Shown here one piece after another: positions 7,579 to 15,548 of a stretch of 27,301 bases of DNA; position 1 is the first letter of the stretch, and the number at the start of each line of letters is the position of its first letter. This stretch comes from a virus. Its lineage: Duplodnaviria; Heunggongvirae; Uroviricota; Caudoviricetes. Both the position numbers and the translations under genes were made by a program. The notes below the pieces were generated by a model. The model worked only from the letters and a program-made list of their open reading frames with translations, was not told the DNA's origin and did no database searches. Location: the IMG/VR virus record IMGVR_UViG_3300021387_000895, positions 1-27,301 of that record; one strand, given 5' to 3'.

Positions 7579-8529
7579 ATGACATACTACGTCGCAGGCA
7601 TTCCTTATTCTCCAAATGACATATACCATCATGGTATAAAGGGCCAGAAATGGGGAGTAAGACGTTACACTAATCCCGATGGTACTTTGACAGAAGAAGG
7701 GAAAAGACGATACGGCACTATTGAAAATTTCAATAGAGCTCAAGAACAGAGAAGACAGAGGATTGACGATAGTAGATGGGCTAGTGCTGCCAGAGGAAAT
7801 GAATTGCTTAATGATCGACAGGCAGTTAAGCGTAAAGCGGCTATTAGTGCAGCCGTGATGATTGGTGGTAGTTTAGTTGCTACTGGTGCTATGGCCGGCC
7901 TTATGAGGAAAGCGAAAGTTGATCCTCAGAAGGCTGCAAAGTATGCTTCAACTGCTACCAATGCTTTAGTAAAGCTTGGTATACTTGGAACAGCTGTGAA
8001 CGCAGCTAGAGATATTCATAATGCTAAGCAAGTTGAAAGACGAGATAAGACTGAAGCATTTAAGAAGAGTAGGACTAGTCAAAGTAAATCTTCAAATGGA
8101 TCTTCTAGTTTAAATAGGTATTCTAATAATAGAAATACGGCAAATGTTAAGGTAAGTGGAAGCAAGTTCAAAACGGTTGCTAAAGTTGGAGCAGGTCTTG
8201 CAGTAGCTGGTGCGGCTGTTTATGGAGCTAAGAAACTGAATGACATTGTCACTAAGGGTAATAATGATTATTTAAATGCTTTGCAGGGCGAGAGACTTTC
8301 AAAGTTATTTGAATCGGCTCAAAAAGATGCTAAGAAAAATAAAATTGATTATTATCTTGGACGAAAAACATCCCAGCAAAGAGATCGCGAAACAAAAAGA
8401 ATTAATGATATGTTAGATTACATGCGTAAAGCATACGATCAAGACTTTGAACGTCAAAAACATTCTAGTTTCATAAATAAGGCTTCTAACGCCATATCCT
8501 ATTATAATAAGGCACGTAAAAAGAAATAA
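7579..8529 (+). CDS. Conserved-leader family protein, copy 7
   Basis: MTYYVAGIPYSPNDIYHHGIKGQKWGVRR leader; three Ala/Gly hydrophobic stretches; very basic; C-terminal similarity to copy 1. Confidence 0.8.
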   Translation: MTYYVAGIPYSPNDIYHHGIKGQKWGVRRYTNPDGTLTEEGKRRYGTIENFNRAQEQRRQRIDDSRWASAARGNELLNDRQAVKRKAAISAAVMIGGSLVATGAMAGLMRKAKVDPQKAAKYASTATNALVKLGILGTAVNAARDIHNAKQVERRDKTEAFKKSRTSQSKSSNGSSSLNRYSNNRNTANVKVSGSKFKTVAKVGAGLAVAGAAVYGAKKLNDIVTKGNNDYLNALQGERLSKLFESAQKDAKKNKIDYYLGRKTSQQRDRETKRINDMLDYMRKAYDQDFERQKHSSFINKASNAISYYNKARKKK

Positions 8530-8541
8530 AGGGTGATCATT

Positions 8542-9882
8542 ATGCCAACAATATTTGAACGTATCCAGCATGGCTGGAACGCATTCAGGGGCAGAGATCG
8601 CCCCGATTTTCAGAACTATGGGTCTGGAACTTATAATCGACCAGATAGAAAGCGACTACGATCTGGTAATGAAAGAACTATCATTACAGCTATTTACAAC
8701 CGAATAGCTATGGATGTCGCGGCTAACAAGATTGAGCACGTTAGAGTGGATGAGAACGACATCTATCTTGAAACTGTCAAAGATTATCTTAATGATTGTC
8801 TTACAGTTGAAGCCAATATCGATCAGACTTCAAGAGCTTTCTTCCAAGATGTAGTAATTTCCATGTTTGATGAAGGATGTGTAGCTATAGTTCCTACTGA
8901 GGCTACTGTTGATCCTTCTAAATCATCTTCCTTTATTATTCAAAGCATGAGGGTTGGTAAAATAGTTCAATGGTATCCACGACATGTCAAGGTTGAAGTA
9001 TATGATGATTTAACAGGTCATATTAAGCAACTTACATACAGTAAGAGCGTTGTAGCCATTATTGAAAATCCTTTTTATGCGGTTATGAACGAACCGAATT
9101 CAATACTTCAACGATTAATTAGAAAATTAAACATGCTCGATGCTGTGGACGAACAGGCAAGTGCTGGTAAGCTGGATCTGATCATTCAGCTCCCATATGT
9201 CATCAAGTCTCAAGCAAGGCGAGAGCAGGCTGAAAATAGAAGAAAAGACATTGAACATCAGCTATCTGGTACAAAATACGGTATTGCTTATACCGATGGT
9301 ACCGAAAGAATTACTCAGTTAAATCGACCCGTTGAAAACAATTTAATGGGTCAGATTGAGTATCTTATGAATACTCTTTATTCACAGCTTGGTATAACTC
9401 CTGAGATACTCAATGGCACGGCAAATGAAGCTACGATGCTTAATTACAATAGTCGAACCATTGAGCCTATTTTATGTGCAATTGTTGATGAAATGAAACG
9501 TAAGTTCCTCACAAAGACTGCACGGACTCAGGGGCATTCCATAATATTCAGCAGTGAGCCGTTCAAGCTCGTTCCTGCGGGTAAGATCGCTGACATTGCT
9601 GAGAAGTTCGTTGCGAATGAGATTCTCACTCCTAACGAGCTTCGTTCTATTGCTGGTTTTAAGCCTTCGAAGGATTCAAGTGCAAACGAGCTTCGAAATC
9701 GTAGACTTAATGAGCCAGCAGAGGAGCAACCTATGCCACAAGGCGATGAGGTTGATCCAAATCAAAATGGCAGTTATGAAGATGATGGATCTTATGAGCA
9801 AGGTCAAGGCGATTCAGACAATATAGCGGATATGTCGATGACTGAGTTTAGTAGGATTGCATCTAATTCTAATACTGCGTAA
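8542..9882 (+). CDS. Portal protein
   Basis: ~446 aa between terL and the protease-capsid gene; AIYNRIAMDVA, LIIQLPY, QLGITPEIL.GTANEATMLNY..RTIEP, LTPNELRS motifs typical of HK97-type portals; acidic C-terminal tail. ATG 8542 preferred over GTG 8533 on RBS spacing. Confidence 0.92.
   Translation: MPTIFERIQHGWNAFRGRDRPDFQNYGSGTYNRPDRKRLRSGNERTIITAIYNRIAMDVAANKIEHVRVDENDIYLETVKDYLNDCLTVEANIDQTSRAFFQDVVISMFDEGCVAIVPTEATVDPSKSSSFIIQSMRVGKIVQWYPRHVKVEVYDDLTGHIKQLTYSKSVVAIIENPFYAVMNEPNSILQRLIRKLNMLDAVDEQASAGKLDLIIQLPYVIKSQARREQAENRRKDIEHQLSGTKYGIAYTDGTERITQLNRPVENNLMGQIEYLMNTLYSQLGITPEILNGTANEATMLNYNSRTIEPILCAIVDEMKRKFLTKTARTQGHSIIFSSEPFKLVPAGKIADIAEKFVANEILTPNELRSIAGFKPSKDSSANELRNRRLNEPAEEQPMPQGDEVDPNQNGSYEDDGSYEQGQGDSDNIADMSMTEFSRIASNSNTA
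9759..9774 (+). repeat. AATCAAAATGG motif copy 2 (16-bp AAATCAAAATGGCAGT)
   Basis: Within the portal 3' end, ~130 bp before the capsid gene; 16 bp identical to 26343-26358. Confidence 0.7.
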
Positions 9883-9902
9883 TTTTTTTTGGAGGTATTT
9901 CC

Positions 9903-11759
9903 ATGGACGAAAAGTTTGACTTTGGCGGATACGCTACTAAGAATGATCTTCTTTGTTCTGATGGTCGAACGATTCGAAAGGATGCCTTTAAGGACTGTGA
10001 TGGCGCTAGCGTACCATTAGTTTGGCAGCATAGCCATGGTAAGCCTAGCGACGTTCTTGGTCACGCATTACTTGAAAATCGTGATGATGGCGTGTACGCA
10101 TATGGAGTCTTTAACGATACTGATTCTGGCAAGAATGCTAAGGAACTTGTCAGGCATCGCGACGTTAAGGCTCTTTCTATTTATGCAAATCAGCTTGTTC
10201 AGAAGGGGTCTGATGTTCTTCACGGTATGATTCGTGAAGTTAGTTTGTGCCTTGCTGGTGCTAATCCGGGTGCTATGATTGAAGACCTTTCTTTCGAACA
10301 TTTTGACGATGAGAACACTGAATTCGATGCGATGATCTATAACGGCGACAACATCGAGCTTGTTCATTCTGATGAGCCCAAGGAGTTAATTAAAGAGATG
10401 CCTGTGATCGAGCATGCGGATGAGCCTAAGGAAGAGCCTAAAGAGGCTCCTAAGGAGGAAAAAGAAATGGCTAATGAGCAGAATAACGAAAAGACTGTAA
10501 AGGATGTTTACGAGAGCCTGACTGATGAACAGAAGCAGGTTGTCAATTATATGATCGGTTATGCCGTTGAGCAGGCCAAGGGCGGCGATGCTTCCGGCGA
10601 AGAGGAGGACGAGAAAGAAATGAAGCAGAATGCGTTTTATGGTGAGGAGAACTTCCTGAGCCACGCGGAAATCACCGAGGCTATGGCCGATGTTATTAAG
10701 GACGGCAAGAAGTATGGTACTCTGAAGGATTCTCTGGAGCATCATATGGAAGAGGGTGTCCTGGCCCATGCCCAAATCGATACTACTGATATGGAGCTGC
10801 CTACTCTGACCAATCAGCAGTATAAGACTCAGTTTGGTTATGGTATTAACTCCCCTGAGTTCCTGTTCCCGGAAGCTCGTACCCTGTCTAATGTGCCTGA
10901 GTTTATCGGCCGCAACACTGACTGGGTGAAGGTTGTTATGAATGGTGTTCATCGTACCCCCTTCAGCCGTCTGAAGTCTCTGTTTGCTAACATCACTGAG
11001 GACGAGGCTCGTGCGAAGGGCTACATCAAGGGCAATATGAAGAAGAATGAGTTCTTCAGCCTGATGAAGCGTACCACAGTTCCTCAGACAGTTTATAAGA
11101 AGCAGAAGATGGATCGTGATGACATCACTGATATTACCGATTTCGATGTTGTCGCCTGGATCAAGGGCGAGATGCGCGTAATGCTTGATGAGGAAATTGC
11201 TCGTGCTATCCTGATTGGCGATGATCGTCTTGTTAATGATGACGACAAGATCTCCGAGGAGCACATCCGTCCTATCGTCAGCGATGCTCCGCTGTTCACT
11301 ATCAAGACTATTGTCACTCGCGGTGCTGATGAGTTTGCGACTGCTAAGAATTTCATGCGTTCTGCGATCCGTGCTCGTAAGGACTACAAGGGCTCCGGCA
11401 ATCCGACTCTGTTTACCACTGAGGATGTTCTGACTTCTATGCTGCTGATTGAGGATGGCATTGGCCATTACATCTATAAGAGTGAGTCTGAGCTGGCCAC
11501 TGCTCTGCGTGTCTCTAACATTGTGACTGTTCCTGTTATGGAAGGCTACAAGGATACCACTGGTAATGATCTGATGGGTGTTATTGTTAACCTGAAGGAC
11601 TATAATGTTGGCGCTGATAAGGGTGGCGAAGTCAATATGTTCGATGACTTCAATATCGATTACAACCAGTACATCTATCTGATTGAGACCAGGTGTTCTG
11701 GTGCTCTGATTAAGCCTTACTCTGCTATCGCCCTGTTTGCTGCTAAGGCTGGTGCCTAA
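9903..11759 (+). CDS. Prohead protease-scaffold-major capsid protein fusion
   Basis: N-terminal ~130 aa resembles HK97-type prohead proteases (FGGYAT, VPLVWQH, GHA, ALSIYAN, REVSLCLAGANPGA); acidic linker; C-terminal HK97-fold capsid-like region (EEIARAILIGD, FDDFNIDYNQYIYLIETRCSGAL); strong codon bias. Confidence 0.9.
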   Translation: MDEKFDFGGYATKNDLLCSDGRTIRKDAFKDCDGASVPLVWQHSHGKPSDVLGHALLENRDDGVYAYGVFNDTDSGKNAKELVRHRDVKALSIYANQLVQKGSDVLHGMIREVSLCLAGANPGAMIEDLSFEHFDDENTEFDAMIYNGDNIELVHSDEPKELIKEMPVIEHADEPKEEPKEAPKEEKEMANEQNNEKTVKDVYESLTDEQKQVVNYMIGYAVEQAKGGDASGEEEDEKEMKQNAFYGEENFLSHAEITEAMADVIKDGKKYGTLKDSLEHHMEEGVLAHAQIDTTDMELPTLTNQQYKTQFGYGINSPEFLFPEARTLSNVPEFIGRNTDWVKVVMNGVHRTPFSRLKSLFANITEDEARAKGYIKGNMKKNEFFSLMKRTTVPQTVYKKQKMDRDDITDITDFDVVAWIKGEMRVMLDEEIARAILIGDDRLVNDDDKISEEHIRPIVSDAPLFTIKTIVTRGADEFATAKNFMRSAIRARKDYKGSGNPTLFTTEDVLTSMLLIEDGIGHYIYKSESELATALRVSNIVTVPVMEGYKDTTGNDLMGVIVNLKDYNVGADKGGEVNMFDDFNIDYNQYIYLIETRCSGALIKPYSAIALFAAKAGA

Positions 11760-11770
11760 TAGTTAGTTAA

Positions 11771-11781
11771 AATCAAAATGG
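11771..11781 (+). repeat. AATCAAAATGG motif copy 3
   Basis: Intergenic, between the capsid and head-closure genes. Confidence 0.7.
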
Positions 11782-11794
11782 GAGTGGCTAACGC

Positions 11795-12121
11795 ATGGCA
11801 AAGTTTTATGGAGCTGTAGGCTATATAGAGTATGAAGAGACCGCTAGGGATGTTCATGTTGAAAAGCCAATTGAGAGGATGTACAAAGGGGACTTACTTA
11901 GGAATAGTCGAAGACTTTCTAGTGGTCAGGATATTAACGACACCGTTACTATCTCTAATCAAGTAAGTATAGTTGCTGATCCTTATGCAATGAACCATAT
12001 TCACGCCATGCGTTATGTCAAATGGTCTGGGGCATGCTGGAAAGTCGATAGCGTTGACGTCCAGTATCCCAGGCTAATTTTAACGCTTGGAGGTGTCTAT
12101 AATGGCGAAAGCGAGGATTAG
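11795..12121 (+). CDS. Head closure/stopper protein
   Basis: MAKFYGAVGY...ISIVADPYA...MRYVKWSGACWKVDSVDVQYPRLILTLGG; size and position after the capsid gene. Confidence 0.7.
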   Translation: MAKFYGAVGYIEYEETARDVHVEKPIERMYKGDLLRNSRRLSSGQDINDTVTISNQVSIVADPYAMNHIHAMRYVKWSGACWKVDSVDVQYPRLILTLGGVYNGESED

Positions 12122-12407
12122 CTTAAGTGATATATTTCGGGAGCTATGTCCTAATGTTTACTTTCAACCTCCAGGAGGCCATAAACTTAAATACCCATGT
12201 ATCATTTATTCGTTGAATGGGCTGAGTAATCGTAGTGCGGATGATCTTTCTTATTATATAGAGAATGATGAGTATTCTGTAACATACATCACAAGAGATC
12301 CAGACGATGAAGTGATACGAAAAATAGCAAGATTACCGATGTGTAGAATGTCTAGACCATTTACTTCAGACAATCTCCATCATTATCCTTACGTTTTGTA
12401 TTATTAA
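12102..12407 (+). CDS. Tail terminator/completion protein
   Basis: NVYFQPP...LKYPCIIY motif typical of tail-terminator proteins; GGAGGT RBS at 12089-12094 supports ATG 12102. Confidence 0.7.
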   Translation: MAKARISLSDIFRELCPNVYFQPPGGHKLKYPCIIYSLNGLSNRSADDLSYYIENDEYSVTYITRDPDDEVIRKIARLPMCRMSRPFTSDNLHHYPYVLYY

Positions 12408-12422
12408 GATGGAGGTAGAAAA

Positions 12423-13403
12423 ATGGCTGTTGTCAAATGGGGAGAAAAGAAGAAACGGTATATAGAGTATGGTGTTTCGAAGGGCGTTCTTTATCCTAAT
12501 GGTAAAAAAGGTGTTGCTTGGAATGGATTAATAAGTATAAGCGAGAGCGCAAGTGGTGGAGAGCCTATAGATTTATTTGCTGACAATATGAATTATTGTT
12601 CATTCAGATCATTAGAGTTTTATGAAGCTACCATTGAAGCCTATACTTATCCTGAAGAATTTGAGGAATGCGATGGTACTTTGGAGATTGCGAATGGTAT
12701 TGGAATAGCTCAGCAAAGGAGATTACCATTTGGGTTGTGTTTTAGATCGGAAATAATTGATGCTGATGGTAATATTCGTAATGACGGATATAAGATACAT
12801 TTGATTTATAACGCAACAGCTTCTCCTACTGAGAAAGCGTATAGTACTATTAGCGATAATCCGGATGCTATTACATTTTCTTGGGAAATAAAAACAACAC
12901 CTTTTGTTATTAAAAGAAATAAAGCATCTTCGACCATTGTAATCGACACTACAAAAGCTGATTATTTGGCTGTCAAAGCTCTGGAGAATATTCTTTATGG
13001 CGATGATGAAAATGACCCAAGATTACCTAGTCCGAATGAAGTAACTAAGATATTGACTAATCTCAATGTAAAAAGAATTTTTATGGACGTCCTTTCAAAA
13101 GAAGGAAAATGGGTATGGGATACATTTAATTTTAATGTTGATACTGTTCCTATTGCAATAGATAGAGAATCGGAAAAGAGAGTATTGTTTAATCCAGGCC
13201 AAGATACTGAATATTCAGCTCCTTCCATAGCTTATACGATAATCGATGAAGGGGTTGAAAAGAATAAGTATATGGGGATTTTAATTGACAGCGTTAATCC
13301 AAGTGATATTGATTCTGATCTACATGAATCTCTTGATCTAATAGATTTAGGCGTAACAGAATCTGACGGTTTATACTATTATAAATACAATTTTTATGCT
13401 TAA
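12423..13403 (+). CDS. Major-tail-protein paralog with ~115-aa C-terminal extension
   Basis: First ~210 aa align by eye with 13416-14087 (GVAWNGL, ATIEAYTYPEEF.ECDG, GYK.H.IYNATASP.EK.Y.TI.D.PDAIT.SWE..TTP). Confidence 0.85.
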   Translation: MAVVKWGEKKKRYIEYGVSKGVLYPNGKKGVAWNGLISISESASGGEPIDLFADNMNYCSFRSLEFYEATIEAYTYPEEFEECDGTLEIANGIGIAQQRRLPFGLCFRSEIIDADGNIRNDGYKIHLIYNATASPTEKAYSTISDNPDAITFSWEIKTTPFVIKRNKASSTIVIDTTKADYLAVKALENILYGDDENDPRLPSPNEVTKILTNLNVKRIFMDVLSKEGKWVWDTFNFNVDTVPIAIDRESEKRVLFNPGQDTEYSAPSIAYTIIDEGVEKNKYMGILIDSVNPSDIDSDLHESLDLIDLGVTESDGLYYYKYNFYA

Positions 13404-13415
13404 GGAGGACCGATT

Positions 13416-14087
13416 ATGGCTGCTATTGTTTGGGATGAAACCGGTAAGAGGTTTTATGAAACCGGTGTAAATCATGGCGTATTATATCCTCAGAAGGCTG
13501 ATGGCACTTATGATAATGGCGTTGCATGGAACGGCTTAACCGGAGTTACCGAGAGCCCTGATGGCGCTGAGCCAAATGATCTTTATGCGGACAATATTAA
13601 GTATGCTTCTATTCGTTCTGCCGAGACATTTGGAGCTACGATTGAGGCTTATACTTATCCTGAAGAGTTTGCTGAGTGTGATGGTTCTGCTGCTCTGACT
13701 GATGGCGTTTACATTGGTCAGCAGTCTCGTAAGCCGTTTGCTTTCTCTTATCGTACTGAGGTTGGTAATGATACTCAGTCTGATAGTGATGATGGTTACA
13801 AGCTTCACATTATTTATAACGCTACCGCTTCTCCTTCTGAGAAGTCTTACGAGACTATTAATGATAGTCCTGATGCTATCACATTGTCTTGGGAGGTTTC
13901 TACTACTCCGATTCCTGTTAAAAATCACAAACCTACTGCTACGGTTGTTATTGATACAACTAAGCTTTCTGCTCAGGGTAAGACTAATCTCAAGACTTTG
14001 GAGGATAAGCTGTATGGGTCTGAAAATACAGATCCAACTCTCGTTCTGCCCGATGAAATTCTGTCTATTATGACTAGAACAGCTTGA
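13416..14087 (+). CDS. Major tail (tube) protein
   Basis: 223 aa; tail-tube motifs as above; AAGGAGG RBS; codon usage similar to the capsid gene. Confidence 0.9.
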   Translation: MAAIVWDETGKRFYETGVNHGVLYPQKADGTYDNGVAWNGLTGVTESPDGAEPNDLYADNIKYASIRSAETFGATIEAYTYPEEFAECDGSAALTDGVYIGQQSRKPFAFSYRTEVGNDTQSDSDDGYKLHIIYNATASPSEKSYETINDSPDAITLSWEVSTTPIPVKNHKPTATVVIDTTKLSAQGKTNLKTLEDKLYGSENTDPTLVLPDEILSIMTRTA

Positions 14088-14114
14088 GTATAATTTTAAT
14101 AATACAATATATGA

Positions 14115-14148
14115 GTGGTGAGGTATTCAGTTAGGCTGGCCTCACTAT
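14115..14148 (+). other. Bulged RNA hairpin between the tail tube and chaperone genes (possible terminator/processing site)
   Basis: GTGGTGAGG pairs with CCTCACTAT around TATTCAGTTAGGCTGG (inner CAG/CTG stem); followed by an AT-rich tract without a clean poly-U. Confidence 0.55.
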
Positions 14149-14173
14149 AATTTTTAATTAGGAGGAAACTGAA

Positions 14174-14587
14174 ATGATTACTGAAACTATTAAGTATTTT
14201 GATTATAATGGCGAAGCACGAGAAGAGCAGTTTAGCTTTAATCTTAGCAAGGCTGAGTGTATGGAACTCGAACTCGGCACTAGCGGAGGTATGCAGAATC
14301 TTATCGAACGAATTGTTTCCGAGAAGGATAATAAGAAGATGGTAGAAATCTTCAAGGAAATAATTCTTAAGGCTTATGGTGAAAAGTCTCCTGATGGTAA
14401 GTATTTCAGAAAGTCAGAGGCTATCTCTGCTGATTTTGCATCTACAGAAGCATATTCTGAATTGTTTATGAAACTTGCAACTGATGCGGAATATGCTGCT
14501 AAATTTGTTAATGGCATTCTTCCAGAGATTCCTAAGGATATTCAGGCAAGTTCTGAATTCATGAATAATGTTATTCCCGTAAAGTAA
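14174..14587 (+). CDS. Tail assembly chaperone
   Basis: Position after the tail tube gene; FNLSKAE, ILKAYGEKSPDG, AYSELFMKL motifs recalled from chaperones of similar phages. Confidence 0.65.
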   Translation: MITETIKYFDYNGEAREEQFSFNLSKAECMELELGTSGGMQNLIERIVSEKDNKKMVEIFKEIILKAYGEKSPDGKYFRKSEAISADFASTEAYSELFMKLATDAEYAAKFVNGILPEIPKDIQASSEFMNNVIPVK

Positions 14588-14604
14588 AAAGAAGGTGACA
14601 GAGA

Positions 14605-15156
14605 ATGCTTCAGTTAATAGTCCCTAAAAGAGAATACTTTGATGATTCCAAACAAGAGTTCATCTATTATCCAAGATGTATTCTTAATCTGGAGCATTCT
14701 CTTGTTTCAATTTCAAAATGGGAGTCGAGATGGAAAAAACCATTTCTTAGTAAAGATCAAAAAACTTATGAAGAATCTGTGGATTACATTCGATGTATGA
14801 CCATAAACACAAATGTTGGTCAAGAAGCATATTTAGGTTTGACCAAAGAAGTATTTGATAGAGTAAGTGAATATATTAATGATTCGATGACTGCCACCTG
14901 GTTTAATGATAAGAATCAGACTGGAAAAGGTGGCGGAAGAGGACAGGTAGTTACGTCTGAATTAATCTATTATTGGATGATAGCTTTTAATATTCCATTT
15001 GAATGTCAAAAATGGCATCTGAATAGATTGTTAACTCTAATAAAAGTATGTGAGATAAAGAACGCTCCTTCTAAGAAAATGAAGCAGCGTGATATATACG
15101 CTCAGAATAGAGCCCTTAACGCTGCGAGGAAGAAAAGTCTTGGAACGAACGGGTGA
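14605..15156 (+). CDS. Second tail assembly chaperone-like protein
   Basis: LEHSLVSISKWES..KKPFL, TSELIYYWM...IPFECQKWHLNRLLTLIKVC; position between chaperone and tape measure; own RBS. Confidence 0.5.
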   Translation: MLQLIVPKREYFDDSKQEFIYYPRCILNLEHSLVSISKWESRWKKPFLSKDQKTYEESVDYIRCMTINTNVGQEAYLGLTKEVFDRVSEYINDSMTATWFNDKNQTGKGGGRGQVVTSELIYYWMIAFNIPFECQKWHLNRLLTLIKVCEIKNAPSKKMKQRDIYAQNRALNAARKKSLGTNG

Positions 15157-15548
15157 GTTTAATGTTGCAATTTAAGCAAACTGGCGGTTTTAAGAAAACT
15201 GCAAAACTTCTTGCTAAACTTGGAGAAGGCAATTTTTATAAAGGGTTAGATGCTATTGCTCAAAGAGGAGTATCTGATTTAGAGGCAGCAACTCCTGTTG
15301 ATACTGGCAAAACAGCTTCATCTTGGAGTTATACAATAAAGAAGTCTAAAGATGGAGCAACGATTAGTTTTAATAATTCAAACATTAATAAAGGTGTAAA
15401 TGTCGCCTTACTTATACAATATGGGCATGGCACTGCTCAAGGGGTGTATATAGAAGGTGTTGACTATATTAACCCGGCTTTGAAACCAATTTTTGAAGCT
15501 ATGGGTAAAAGAGTTTGGGAGGAGGTGACTCAGAATGCCAATGATTGA
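15153..15548 (+). CDS. HK97 gp10-like tail component
   Basis: ATPVDTGKTASSW and VALLIQYGHGT motifs characteristic of the gp10 family; GTG start overlaps the upstream TGA. Confidence 0.75.
   Translation: MSLMLQFKQTGGFKKTAKLLAKLGEGNFYKGLDAIAQRGVSDLEAATPVDTGKTASSWSYTIKKSKDGATISFNNSNINKGVNVALLIQYGHGTAQGVYIEGVDYINPALKPIFEAMGKRVWEEVTQNAND

Noticed and set aside
54-8529. Leader repeats as a CRISPR array or transposon ends
   Set aside because: The repeats are protein-coding, unevenly spaced and not palindromic; no cas gene, transposase or inverted terminal repeats.
10386-11468. 360-aa antisense ORF opposite the capsid gene (and other minus-strand ORFs such as 17436-18218 and 18633-19442)
   Set aside because: Fully shadowed by strong + strand genes, no recognisable motifs; expected by-product of sense-strand codon bias and repeats.
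14560-14610. Programmed -1 frameshift fusing the two chaperone genes
   Set aside because: No clear XXXYYYZ slippery site, and an in-frame TGA (14596-14598) lies 9 nt upstream of ATG 14605, blocking a fusion; the second gene has its own RBS.
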